From: Sarea resinae
Taxonomy: Eukaryota
Length of the DNA stretch: 64,000 nt
NCBI GenBank assembly: GCA_026026165.1
Contig: JAPEUD010000058.1
Coordinates: 1-64,000 of the forward strand
Reading direction: 5' to 3'
Shown here in pieces: positions 24,907 to 35,595 of the stretch (its first letter is position 1; every line of letters starts with the position of its first letter). Below the pieces are notes generated by a model that saw only the letters and a program-made list of their open reading frames with translations, was not told the origin of the DNA and searched no databases. The translations under genes were made by a program, and so were the position numbers.

Positions 24907-26091
24907 CTATATGTTGAATCCTCCGTGCTCCGCAACATCAACAAACCGCCATAATCCAGCCTCTTCAGCGGCACGGCGAACACCTGAGATTTCAGATGTA
25001 GCCACAGGTCTATTGATTTCTTCGTAACGGATACCTTCGGCTCGCGAAGCGGCGCTTCCATTAGGCTCAACTGGCTGGTTAGGTTTTGTGCTGCGTCTTT
25101 TCTTTCCGACATGGGCATCAGGATGATATTGTTCCATCACATTGACGAAAAGATCCCGTGAGACATTCTTTGCCAGCCAACGCATAATTTCCTGTCCCTC
25201 GTCCTCTGTCCCGGGCATCACTAGGTGCCGGACAAGAACGCCCTTCTGGGCGATGCCATCAGGAGTGAAGCAGAGATCGCCGACCTGTGCGTGCATTGCC
25301 TTGATGCTCTCCATCGCCGTAGATGTATAGTTGTCCGCTTTGAGCAACCTTTTGGAAGTGCTATCCTTCCACACCTTAAAGTCCGGTAGATATATATCGA
25401 CCAATCCATCAAGCAACTCCAGCGATTGAAGCGAATCAAAAGAAGAAGTGTTGTAAATGATTGGGAGGCGTAGGCCTATCTCTCGCGCATGCAGAATAGA
25501 CAGCGCCACTTGCGGAACGACATGCTCCGGCGTGATGAGATTGATATTGTGGACGTTGCCGACTTCCTGCAACTTCACGTACCACTCCGCCAGCTCCTCT
25601 GGTGTGAGATTGAATCCATTTCTCTGGTGCGCAATGTCGTGGTTCTGGCAAAAGACGCACCGAAGGTTGCAGCCGGAGAAGAAGACCGAGCCGGATCCAC
25701 GATGACCTTGAATAGAGGGCTCTTTGAGAAGATCAGTCGAAATCTAAATGGCTTATATGAAGCTGTAGTGATCGATCAGATTTTCCTCACCTTCTCCGAA
25801 GTGGGGAGCAATCAGGTTGACTTTGACCGTTTCAGCACCTATCAGGCAAACTCCAGTCTTCTCGTATCGATTCACACCACAAAGGCGCGGACAAAGATTG
25901 CAGCTCCGGAGATGAGCATAAGCAGCCGATCTCTTCTTGGCGGCGTCGAGAGAGGAAATCAGATGATATCGAGGAACGTAATCATCGAGTAGAAACGGCG
26001 GTGCAAGGTGTAGCGGTCGCGATCGAAGCCGCAGTGGACTGGAATGCCTTATTGGGAGACGTGCCAGAGGCGGCCTCCCGTGTAAGATCAT
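24907..26091 (-). CDS. Radical SAM protein, PflX / pyruvate-formate-lyase-activating-enzyme-like; one intron at about 25732-25791
   Basis: GSVFFSGCNLRCVFCQN (CxxxCxxC), extra CNLCPRLC, HNINLITPEH, VDIYLPDFK and GVLVRHLVMPG; Arg-rich N-terminus. Confidence 0.88.
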
Positions 26092-26548
26092 GTTGGTCTG
26101 GGCATGTCATTGAGGATGCCGAATGTGATTGCTCGAAAGCATCAATACTCGCCTTTAGGATGATGCTGGTGCCAGGCTACTCCGTATGATGCAATTGGCG
26201 TGGGGAAATGATATGGAAGTGTCTCAAACTACGTAGCTTTGTACAGCAGTACTGTTGTTACACTGCGATCCGTGGATATACGACAAATGCACGGGCTGCC
26301 AATATTTCAGTAGAAAATACGTGTATCTCATTCTATCATTAAGAAAATATCTGTCGAAAGCTATATGGCTGGTAAACGTTCTCCCTCTAATCTCTTCAAT
26401 CAAAGAGAAATACGATACATTTCTCCAGACTCCAAGCCAGCTGTGGAAATCATAGCCTAAAAGCAAAGGAACATGACAACGTGTAGGCTGGAGCGGAAAC
26501 TGCTAGAAAAGACGTTTCTGGCGGTAGCCAAGATAAGAGTCTTGTCCA

Positions 26549-29500
26549 CTAGGCTGACTGGAAGAGGTTGATCAGCCAATCGATGAAGCTCACGACGGCT
26601 TCTTGGCTTCGACTTTCCGAGGACGCGCTGGAAGTCGAGGCAGAAGGAGGTGAGGATAAATCGGAAGACGCAATCTGGCTTTCTGGCGTAGTCACTTTCT
26701 GTGAAGATGTGGTCGAAATGGATGACACTGTACTGCTCGCCGAGTTTTCAAGAGAGTCAAGCAAATATGATAGGAATGAAACGGCTGCCTCAAAGTTCGA
26801 GTCGGCCGAGGCCAAAGTAGAAGGCGGGGGAATGGAAGCCACGCTAGCTGAACCGCTGATAATACTGCTCGCATCAACGGTGATGCTCGCAGAAGTAGCT
26901 CCTCCTGGAGGCTGAGCCACGGCCAAAGACGATATTACCGGCGAGGGAAAGGCGCTGGCCGGGGAAGATGATATGTATGAAACGACAGGGGCTATTTGCT
27001 CCACCGATGAAGACTGGAAAGATCCATATGCCATATAGCCGTAAGTAGAAGAATACGAGGCAAGGGTCGAGATAGGACTGCTTGAAACCGATGGAGTTGC
27101 AGGTGATTCGTCCATAGTTGACGATGAAGAGCTTTGAACGGCCAAGGAAAGTGAATATGCCGAAAACGAAACCGCCAGGCTCATGGACTCTTGCGAAGGA
27201 GAGCTTGAAACGCCAGACGCAGAAATAATTGATGACTGAAGCGCCGGAAGACTTGCTGAGCTGGGCGTAGAAATACTAGCTGACCCGGACGCAGAAGGAT
27301 TTGCTGACCCCAATGCCGAGCTAGCTGACCCAAACGCTGGCCGCGCTGGCCAATATGCGATAGCGCTTGTTGACGAATGAGCAGAAGGATTCGCTGACTG
27401 AGAAGCGAACAAGCTTGCTGACTGAGAGGCAGAAGGGTTTGCCGGACCATAAACAGACAAACTCACAGACCCGGAAGCGGAGGTGCTTGCGGAAAGGAGA
27501 GCAGAAGAATTTGCTGATATAGGCATAGAGCTTATGGAGATAAAGTCAGAAGTAAGTGTGGTTCCTGACGCAGAAGCATTTACGGAGCCAGAAGCATAAT
27601 AACTTCCCAGAGCAGTCGAAGAAACATTGCCAGACGACGATAGGTTGGTGGCAGATGAAGTTGCAATGCCTACTGAGCTAGATTGATTCAAGAACACCGG
27701 AGCGCTCGGTGAGACACCTATGTTGTCTGCTTTAATTATATCGGCAGCCTTTTTTTCTACAATCAGCAATGTCGCTCAAGGGAAAAAGGTGATTACAACT
27801 TACTTTCTCCGCAACGGCGTAGACAGTTGCCTGGAGGTGGGCTGCTGGGATCAACGGAATAATGCTGGCATCTACGACTCTCAGGTTCATCGTGCCATAA
27901 ACACGAAGATGAGTGTCGACAACCCCTCCATACGCTTCTGGGAGCATAGCGCAAGTCCCACTGGGATGGTATTCTGTTCTGATACCGTTTTTGATAATGG
28001 TCAAGAGGTCATCGTCGTCAGCATCCGGGGGCGGCACGAATTGCGCAGGCTGTAATTCTTGCATTGGAGGTGTCGCGAGAATCTGCCGATTGAAGCGAAG
28101 TGCTTCGACTAGGATCTGGAGATCGATTGGATTAGACCCATATCGAGGGTCAATCGACGGGGGATTGAACGGATCATCAGAAGTGATCTGGCAGGTTCCC
28201 CGAGAGAACGGGTGCATCACCGAGACAGAGAGACTTCCAGCGTTGTTGTTGATGATCTCGAAGGACCCCACGTTGTTGTCTGAAAGCAACTCTACTAAAA
28301 GTCTCTTCTGAGCCGTGAAACCCGCAATCAAGGTGGAATCCAAGCCGGAGGCGAGGTACTCGGCAGGGTCTTGGCTTGCAACGGATGACAAAATTCTTGA
28401 GGATCTATTAGAGATGGACGGTAGAGACGGAAAGGCAACACCATTCGGTGAACCTGCTGTCCAAGGGCCTGAGAAGATCACTTTCAGTCTAGAGGTCTAA
28501 AAAGGGCAGATGACTTCGTGTTGTAAGAGAGGAATAGGCCCTGGACATCGGCGCGGGGAGGGGGGACAAATGCAACAACCAGCGGTATTTGGTGAGATGA
28601 TGGACCTACCCATTTTGTTGGTGTAATACTCCACTTCAGCGTCGGCGTTGATGGTAGCATTGGCAGCCAATTCCGTTGGCAGAAAGTAGGATCCATTATT
28701 GTCTGTGTTTGTTAGAGCTCTTAAAAATGCTTCTCTCTAGAAAGGCAGCTTACACGGATAGAACGTCCCAACTAGATAATGATCTTGTAGATTATTGCCT
28801 ACGCCAGGCAGATCGAGGGCGACTGTGATATTATTGGCCTTTAATAGTGAACTGGGTCCAATGCCCGACAGTTGAAGTAACTGAGATGAATGTAAAGACC
28901 CAGCGGCAACGATCACTTCTCGTGTGGCTGACACATTTTGTCTTGGCGAAGAAGCATCAGGAGCAAACTGTATTCAGGTTGTCAACGTCCTGACCATAAG
29001 TGAGGAGGCGGCGATCCCTTACTTCGACACCTAGGATCCGGACTCCAGCAGGATATTCTCTCATGAGAAGTCGTTCACTTGGAGCACTACCCGGAGAAAG
29101 TGGGGTTGTTGACCCGTTGCCAAAGAGAGGTTCGCTAGCTGCTCCACTGGATCCCTCTCCCGTACTACTGTCACCTGGGATAGGGGTATTGTCAGCGTTA
29201 TCACCTTCCACGCCCTCGATAATTATTCTCGTCACATGTTGGCCTGTGACAACATGGAAATTTGGACGCATTACGTAAGGGTCGTAGTAAGTGCGTCTAG
29301 CATCAGAGCGTGTCTGGTTCTCGGGACTAATGTCAGTAGGAATAAAGGTCGCTCCCGAAGAAGTGCCGGCATTAGGATCGAAGGCAGTAGGGACGCCAAG
29401 CATATTCAACGCGCTGAAAAAGTTGACTTGTTGATATGTTAGCAGCTAGCTTATTTTGAAAAGTAAATACCTTACCAGATTGGTTGTAAAAGTAATGCGG

Positions 29501-30294
29501 ATAGCTGACGTGCACGGGTCCGCTGGTTCCATGAACAGCAGGGTCGTAATTGATCGAATACTGCTCAGCAATGGCTTCAGAGAAGACTGGAGTGTAATTT
29601 TCACTCTGAAAATAGAACTCATCAGCCTGGGTCCTGCAGAAATCATTTCAATGTCCGACCATACTGACCTTTTTGAAGTAAGGAAGTAGTCCTTCCCAAT
29701 TCCAGCCTGAATTTCCGAGCCTCTCCCAAGCGTCGTATTCCTCGATACCTCCACGATTCCAGCACATAGCGTTCAAGATACTACCACCACCAAGCACCTT
29801 GCCTTGTGGCATCGGACGAGAGGCACCGTCAAGGTAAGTTTGGCCCACGGTTCCTAGATTCCAGTCGTACTGGGTCCCAACAGCGCTCCCGACATAGCCA
29901 GGCACTTGGATGAATGCTTCGTAATGATCACTTCATACAGTCAGAGGAAGCATCAAGGTATGCGTATAGGCACACTCACGGAATACCGGCTTCAAGGACA
30001 AGAACAGATACTAGAGTGAATTAGCAGGAGAGGCTCAAGCAAAGCACTCCTCTGAGTTGACTCTTACCGGTAGGATCCTCCGATAGTCTATTGGCTACTA
30101 CAAGGCCACTTATACCACCGCCGACAACTGATGTCGAGTTAGCCTGCTGTATGTATCTGAGGAGAGACTGTCTGACCTATGTAGTCGTACGAGGACATGA
30201 AAGCTGCGTTGATGTCTCTGCCTTGCAACATAGCACTGCTTGCGTCGATGCAAGCCAGGAAGCCTATGACCAGAGCCAGAAGGAGTCGTCTCAT
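26549..30294 (-). CDS. Secreted GMC oxidoreductase (AA3-like) with about 400-aa Ser-rich C-terminal extension; multi-exon
   Basis: Signal peptide; [55 protein letters not shown] spliced to AADIIK followed by a Ser/Ala-rich tail. Confidence 0.9.
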
Positions 30295-31791
30295 GATTGC
30301 AATGGATTCAATTCAATTGCAATGCGACTTGGGGAGATCTGCACAGGACAAGATATTGGTAATGAACGTGGTGCCGTCAAATGAGGGAATGGCAATGGGT
30401 GGAAGAGAAGTAGAGTATGTATGAAGATCAAGGAATCGAGATGCTGTTGGCTGCAGGTTGCTCTGACTGCGAGTCTTCGCGTCATGCAGGGAACGTAAGG
30501 TAAGGTGAGGTAGAGCGAACACGTGCTGCGAGACCTTTCACGTCGTTCGGACCTACTTGACAGACATCGAGCAGAATGGGAACCTGATGAAGACGGGAAG
30601 GCTGCCTGGACGGTGATCGGATGTCAAGGGAAGCTGCGCTATACCCTCTTGAAAGATCAAATTCAACTCGGAACACAGGGTGACCAGGCGGCTAAGTAAC
30701 AGAAGACTAACAAATGCATATCATCGAGAGAAGACCAAAGGTAGGCGCCTCCAACTATATAAGCACCTTCCTCTAGGTGTTGTCGAGATGCCGGTATGGC
30801 ATCCATGTGAAGCCCAAAATATGCTGTGAGGCAGCGAGGCAGCGAGGCAGCGAGGCAGCAAGGAAACTTCGCTTTCAACCGACCCGACGTACGACGTCAG
30901 CCAGATATGCTGGGTGCAAGTCCTACTCGTAACCTGCCTCTCTTTCTTCCTAGCTGGAGATCATGAAAACTGTAGACGTCTTGACTTCCCCTACCCCCGC
31001 AATCCATGTTTCCGCCATCGGCGTCTCACGCGGATCACGACACAAGACCAGATGCGGGGCACATCACCATGGTTTATATTCGCACGCGCCAGGAACGCCA
31101 TGGTCGGCACGGCTATGAGTTAGGCGTTCATGATAAAGCTCGAATAGGCAAAACAGAGTGGCATCCATGGGAGCACAGGGCCAAGATCCGAACATGAGAA
31201 TGTCTAGAATCAGATGAGCTGAAGACAGATCGGGAATAGAGGCTGATGGGTTAGGTCAAATAGAAGCTTCGAGGGACACTAGATTGAGGGGAACTGGGTG
31301 GATCGTGGAAGAGACGCTGCTCAGACCATCCTCCTTCGAGCCTGGTACCACCTTATAGGTGCGATGGTCTTGTGCAATGGAAAGCTCGGGCGGTATGCGG
31401 ATCTATTGCTCCCCTGATCCGGTGCAGGCATGGATGGCTGTGGACGGGAGCGTGCAGGACCAGAGATGAAGTTGAGAAAAGCGATCGGCAAGTTTATATT
31501 CTTAGTCAGCATTTGGCCCATGGAGCATGCGGTAGGTGGCGGAGACATCAGCATATTCCAAATAGATCCATATCCGCCGCGCTGTTCAATGTTACTCGCA
31601 AGAAGAAAGGAGGCTTGTGGAGAGATATCAGAATGGCGTTGCAGCTTCCAAATCGGAAACGCCTAGAGAGACAAAAGCAGTAGAGCAGTGAGGAGCATCA
31701 ACAGGGTATGCGGATATTTTTGGCTTAAACGTGTATTTTCTTTCTTTCTTTCTTTCTTTCTATGTTGGCAGAGATAGGTCCTCGACATAAT

Positions 31792-33132
31792 TTACCGCAC
31801 CACCGCGCCCGTCAAGCTCTTGACTGTGCATAAGCCGCCACTCTCCGTGACTAGCTTTCCTACATCCGCCTTTTTGGGCTCAGTCTCACCTGTACCCGCC
31901 AGCTGCGGGACGGCAGCAGCATCGAACCCAACCCCTAGATCCGGTGTAGTTGTGAATCCAGGTTGGAGGGTCTCCCAAATCTTCTTCTTGGGATTCAGTA
32001 CGGCTTCAGGTTGCCCAGCCCAACCCTCGAAATAGATTCTCTCGCCGGCTTTGGCGCCCGCCGGGGGCGTCACCAACTCAACAGGCCCCTTATGGCTATC
32101 CTCACCTTCTGCAACACGAGGGGAGGCGGCGAGAACCATTGCGGAAGACTTGATCCCTCGCATTGTCACGGGCTTGAGGTTGCATACAGCGACTATTTTG
32201 CGTCCTTGCATCTCCTCGAGTGGAACGAGTCCATTGAGGCCAGAACAGACTGTTCGCACAACCTGACCCTCGTATTCGGACGTATTGTCGGTCCCTGGGG
32301 CATCGCCGCATGCGATAGTTGAGACGTATAGCGAGTCGGCATTGGGATGGTTAATGGCTTTGAGGATGTGGCCGACACGAAGATCGATCAGGCAGGGCGA
32401 AAGAGGAGTTTCCTTCGGTGGTTGCTTCTGGGGTTTGGGGCCCTTCTCTTTCTTCGACTTTTTGCCCTCTGGTACCGCCGCGGTCTCACCGACTGCCACT
32501 GCTGCCATAGCGTCTGTCACCTTTTCAACCTTCTCCTTGACCTTCTCTTTTTTGCTCTTGCCTTGAGCTGCAGGCTGGCTTTCGCCCGCTGCAGCTGCCG
32601 CCGCTTTCTCCTTCTTCTTCCTCTCCTTTTCCTCCTTTGGATCGATGGGTTTGTGGACAAATTTCACATCGTCAACATCGATCGTGACCTTTTCCTCTTC
32701 ACTCGGCTTCAGGTCGAAGACCGGGGCGTTTTGTACAAAGTCAATGTATCGTACAATGTGATGGTAACCTTGCTCCCCGGTTCTTTCCTCTGAAGACCAC
32801 TTGGCCACGAACGGAGCGAGACGAGCGTAGAGCGCAACGTCGGCGATGGAGGGCTTGCTGCCCAAAAGGGTGGTCCGGGTAGAAAGGTGAGTATTGAGGC
32901 TGGAGAGACGCTCAATGCGCTTTGCTTCATCTTCAGGAGCGATGAAACGAGAAGAAGTGCTAAGCCATTGGCTTATCTCGACTTTTTCGTTGTCGGCGTA
33001 GGTCTGATTAGGGAAGATGGTGGTCGACAGCTGCACCAGGTCCGCTTCAGAAGGCGAGGCGGGAGCAACAGCCGAGTAGGACCGATGCAGAAGAGACGTG
33101 ACCGGGTCGAGGGTAAGAGCAGATGTCGACAT
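31792..33132 (-). CDS. ARC1: Arc1-like aminoacyl-tRNA synthetase cofactor (GST-like N-terminus, Lys-rich linker, EMAPII/OB tRNA-binding domain)
   Basis: IDLRVGHILKA..HPNADSLYV, RTVCSGL, CNLKPVTMRGIKS and LNPKKKIWE; first AUG at 33132. Confidence 0.93.
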   Translation of the reverse strand: MSTSALTLDPVTSLLHRSYSAVAPASPSEADLVQLSTTIFPNQTYADNEKVEISQWLSTSSRFIAPEDEAKRIERLSSLNTHLSTRTTLLGSKPSIADVALYARLAPFVAKWSSEERTGEQGYHHIVRYIDFVQNAPVFDLKPSEEEKVTIDVDDVKFVHKPIDPKEEKERKKKEKAAAAAAGESQPAAQGKSKKEKVKEKVEKVTDAMAAVAVGETAAVPEGKKSKKEKGPKPQKQPPKETPLSPCLIDLRVGHILKAINHPNADSLYVSTIACGDAPGTDNTSEYEGQVVRTVCSGLNGLVPLEEMQGRKIVAVCNLKPVTMRGIKSSAMVLAASPRVAEGEDSHKGPVELVTPPAGAKAGERIYFEGWAGQPEAVLNPKKKIWETLQPGFTTTPDLGVGFDAAAVPQLAGTGETEPKKADVGKLVTESGGLCTVKSLTGAVVR

Positions 33133-33822
33133 GCTGCGCAATCTAGGGAAGAGGACCCCTGGTTGATAATGCCTATGAAGAAGCGCCGAAGGAGCACTGT
33201 AGTGGGGTAGTCGTATACGCTTGCTCACGAGGCGAGGGACCGCCAATCGTAGAGGCAAAGCGCGAGGAAGGATAGAAGACAGCTTTGAGGTCTTCTTGAT
33301 CTGAAGACGATGAATTGGCTCTCTCTGGTGAAGGACGATATCGCCGTATAGGTTGTTGGTGGTGTGAGTCAAATCCTATCGAAATCACCCGGCTTCATAA
33401 TTTTCGCTTCTGGTCACTGTCCACTTACGTAGGTAGTAGATGCTTGACGCTGCAGATCCGTCTGTAAGCGAACCTTAGGGCTGCACCGGCAACACCGCAG
33501 ATGCAGAGTGAGGCTCGATGAATTCATCAGTATAAGATGCATGTTCACACAGTTATTTGTCGCCTGAGTCGGTTCTTTTGCACAGATCACTTAATTTACG
33601 AAGAAGGAACTGCATGACTCTCGGCCCTTGTTGGTAAAGATGCTTTATTATGCAATATCAAATTTGAAGAGCAGCCAATGAGCCCGAAACGTCATGTGGT
33701 TAATCGTAATGACCGCTCAATTGCAGAGATACAACCAAGGAAGATGAAGTAGTCACTTAGTGTGATTTCCTTACTCGAAAATATCTTATCTCGCGCTGGA
33801 CCGGCTTCTGACATGGCAATGA

Positions 33823-35595
33823 TCAGGTATATCCATTTTGGAGAGCGCCCCCCTGCTGACCAACTGGGCGCTTTCCCATACGTCCGCGGTAAGGAGAGAT
33901 TGTGCGAGGCTGGTCAAACACGATTGGCGTAGTCTGTCCTGTATCTCTCGCGCCTGTCTCCAGCGTCGGAGCGTGAACCCAAGTCTCTTCGGTGACCTTG
34001 ACGCCGTCAGGCCTCGTGTATTGTCTCGAGTCGCCTTCTTTGCCAGGAAACTGCCTTGCGGAGAATCTCCGAGGATCTTTGGTTGTAGGTTCGCCAGATG
34101 CGTTCTTAGAGGCTGTCTCAGCAAGCACCCAATTGCCTTGACGGCCTGGTGCTTCTTCTGCAAAGATTTCCACTAGACCACCCTCTTCGTCGAGAACATA
34201 ATGCTGGGTCGGAAGCACTTCAACGTCAACGATTGGCAAGATCCTATGAAAGACATCGTGGTTGTGCACTTCTCGTGTGACGACTTCTTCGCGGATATTG
34301 TGGATCTTCTTTGTGACTGTTTCATGAGTGACAGCTGAATTGACTAGTATTAGCAATCCTCCAAAGCCTTGTTTCGACATTCGGGTCTCACCTGGAGCAA
34401 TCCGCTCTATAACTTCGGTGTCGACAGAGTTCCCAAGGTCCACAATACCGGCCAACGAGGGCTTTTCGGTCGTGTGTCCTAGTTGCCTTCTCCTGCTATC
34501 AGGAGGAACTGTTTTGGGTCGGGGAGGCTCCGAATTTGAAGCTCTGTCCACGTCTAGCCAAGGAAGCTCTTTTACCGCAGCTGTCTGCTTTGAACCTGGT
34601 GGAGGTGGGAGTGGCTTGTCAGGAATGTTTGCGCGTCTTCTATTGCTCTCCGGCGAAGTCGACGTTGCGGATGCTGATTGGATCGAAGCTTCGTTCCTAA
34701 TATCTTTCCTTGGTATCGACTGCCTCCTACTAACATGGTGATCTTGAGAGGGTTTTTCTGGCGTCCTGGTTGGTGTAATACCAGGATTGCTATCTCTGTC
34801 AAGATTCGCCGCTATAAGCCTCCTTGGGAGGTTATCAGCTTCATTGGCCGGCTTTCTTCCAGTACCATCCTCGTTGTGTCTAGGTAGGGAATAATTCTTG
34901 TGTGGCGAGCGCTGTCTGACATTTTGCCTCTGTGGTTTGTATTGATCAGCAGACGAGTAGGTTGATGAAGTTGGGCCTTCTACGTCCGAGTTGGTAGCAC
35001 TGGGATCTGTAACGACATCTCCGTACGGATGTCTTTGAGGTTCACGTATCTGGAAGTTTTCGGTGCCGGCAGCTGCGTGTACATTAGCATACTGTCTTTG
35101 TCGGTGGGTGGTTTTATGGGACCGACCATTCCCATCATGCAAGCGCATATGTGAGAGCTCATTGGAGAGTCTGATGTATTCTCTTCCTCGGGCTTCACTG
35201 GGTGCGACGGCTACGTCGTTGTTAGGCCCATATGATGTGCTTGCATGATTTGTCCCGGGAGATGATGGACCATTCCCACTTGGATAAGACTTCGGACGCC
35301 CCGCGGCAGCTGCAGCAGCACGAGCAGCTGGCGATATCTCACTTTTGGAGGGATGATGCCCCCTTGGCGGGATCACAGCCTGATACCGTTCCTGGTGTTG
35401 GTCGGTCGTGGGTATCCTCCTGTTGCCATGCAACGGAAATTCGCCCGTTTCTGGACGCCGTGCCGGAGAAGTTGATTCGTAAGCGGAGGTTCGTAGGCCG
35501 GCCTCGTCACCAATGATGCCAGAGCGAGGAGCAACAGCAGTTTCTCTCTCTGGCTCCTTCTTCCTGAGGAAGAGCTTCTTCAGACGGCCCTCCAT
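33823..35595 (-). CDS. Hypothetical disordered protein with C-terminal His/Val/Thr-rich 'allergen-like' module; probable introns 35073-35126 and 34335-34391
   Basis: 590-codon ORF; two GT..CTAAT..CAG 3n introns; spliced APAVTHETV..REVHNHDVFHRILP motif. Confidence 0.8.
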   Translation of the reverse strand: MEGRLKKLFLRKKEPERETAVAPRSGIIGDEAGLRTSAYESTSPARRPETGEFPLHGNRRIPTTDQHQERYQAVIPPRGHHPSKSEISPAARAAAAAAGRPKSYPSGNGPSSPGTNHASTSYGPNNDVAVAPSEARGREYIRLSNELSHMRLHDGNGRSHKTTHRQRQYANVHAAAGTENFQIREPQRHPYGDVVTDPSATNSDVEGPTSSTYSSADQYKPQRQNVRQRSPHKNYSLPRHNEDGTGRKPANEADNLPRRLIAANLDRDSNPGITPTRTPEKPSQDHHVSRRQSIPRKDIRNEASIQSASATSTSPESNRRRANIPDKPLPPPPGSKQTAAVKELPWLDVDRASNSEPPRPKTVPPDSRRRQLGHTTEKPSLAGIVDLGNSVDTEVIERIAPGETRMSKQGFGGLLILVNSAVTHETVTKKIHNIREEVVTREVHNHDVFHRILPIVDVEVLPTQHYVLDEEGGLVEIFAEEAPGRQGNWVLAETASKNASGEPTTKDPRRFSARQFPGKEGDSRQYTRPDGVKVTEETWVHAPTLETGARDTGQTTPIVFDQPRTISPYRGRMGKRPVGQQGGALQNGYT

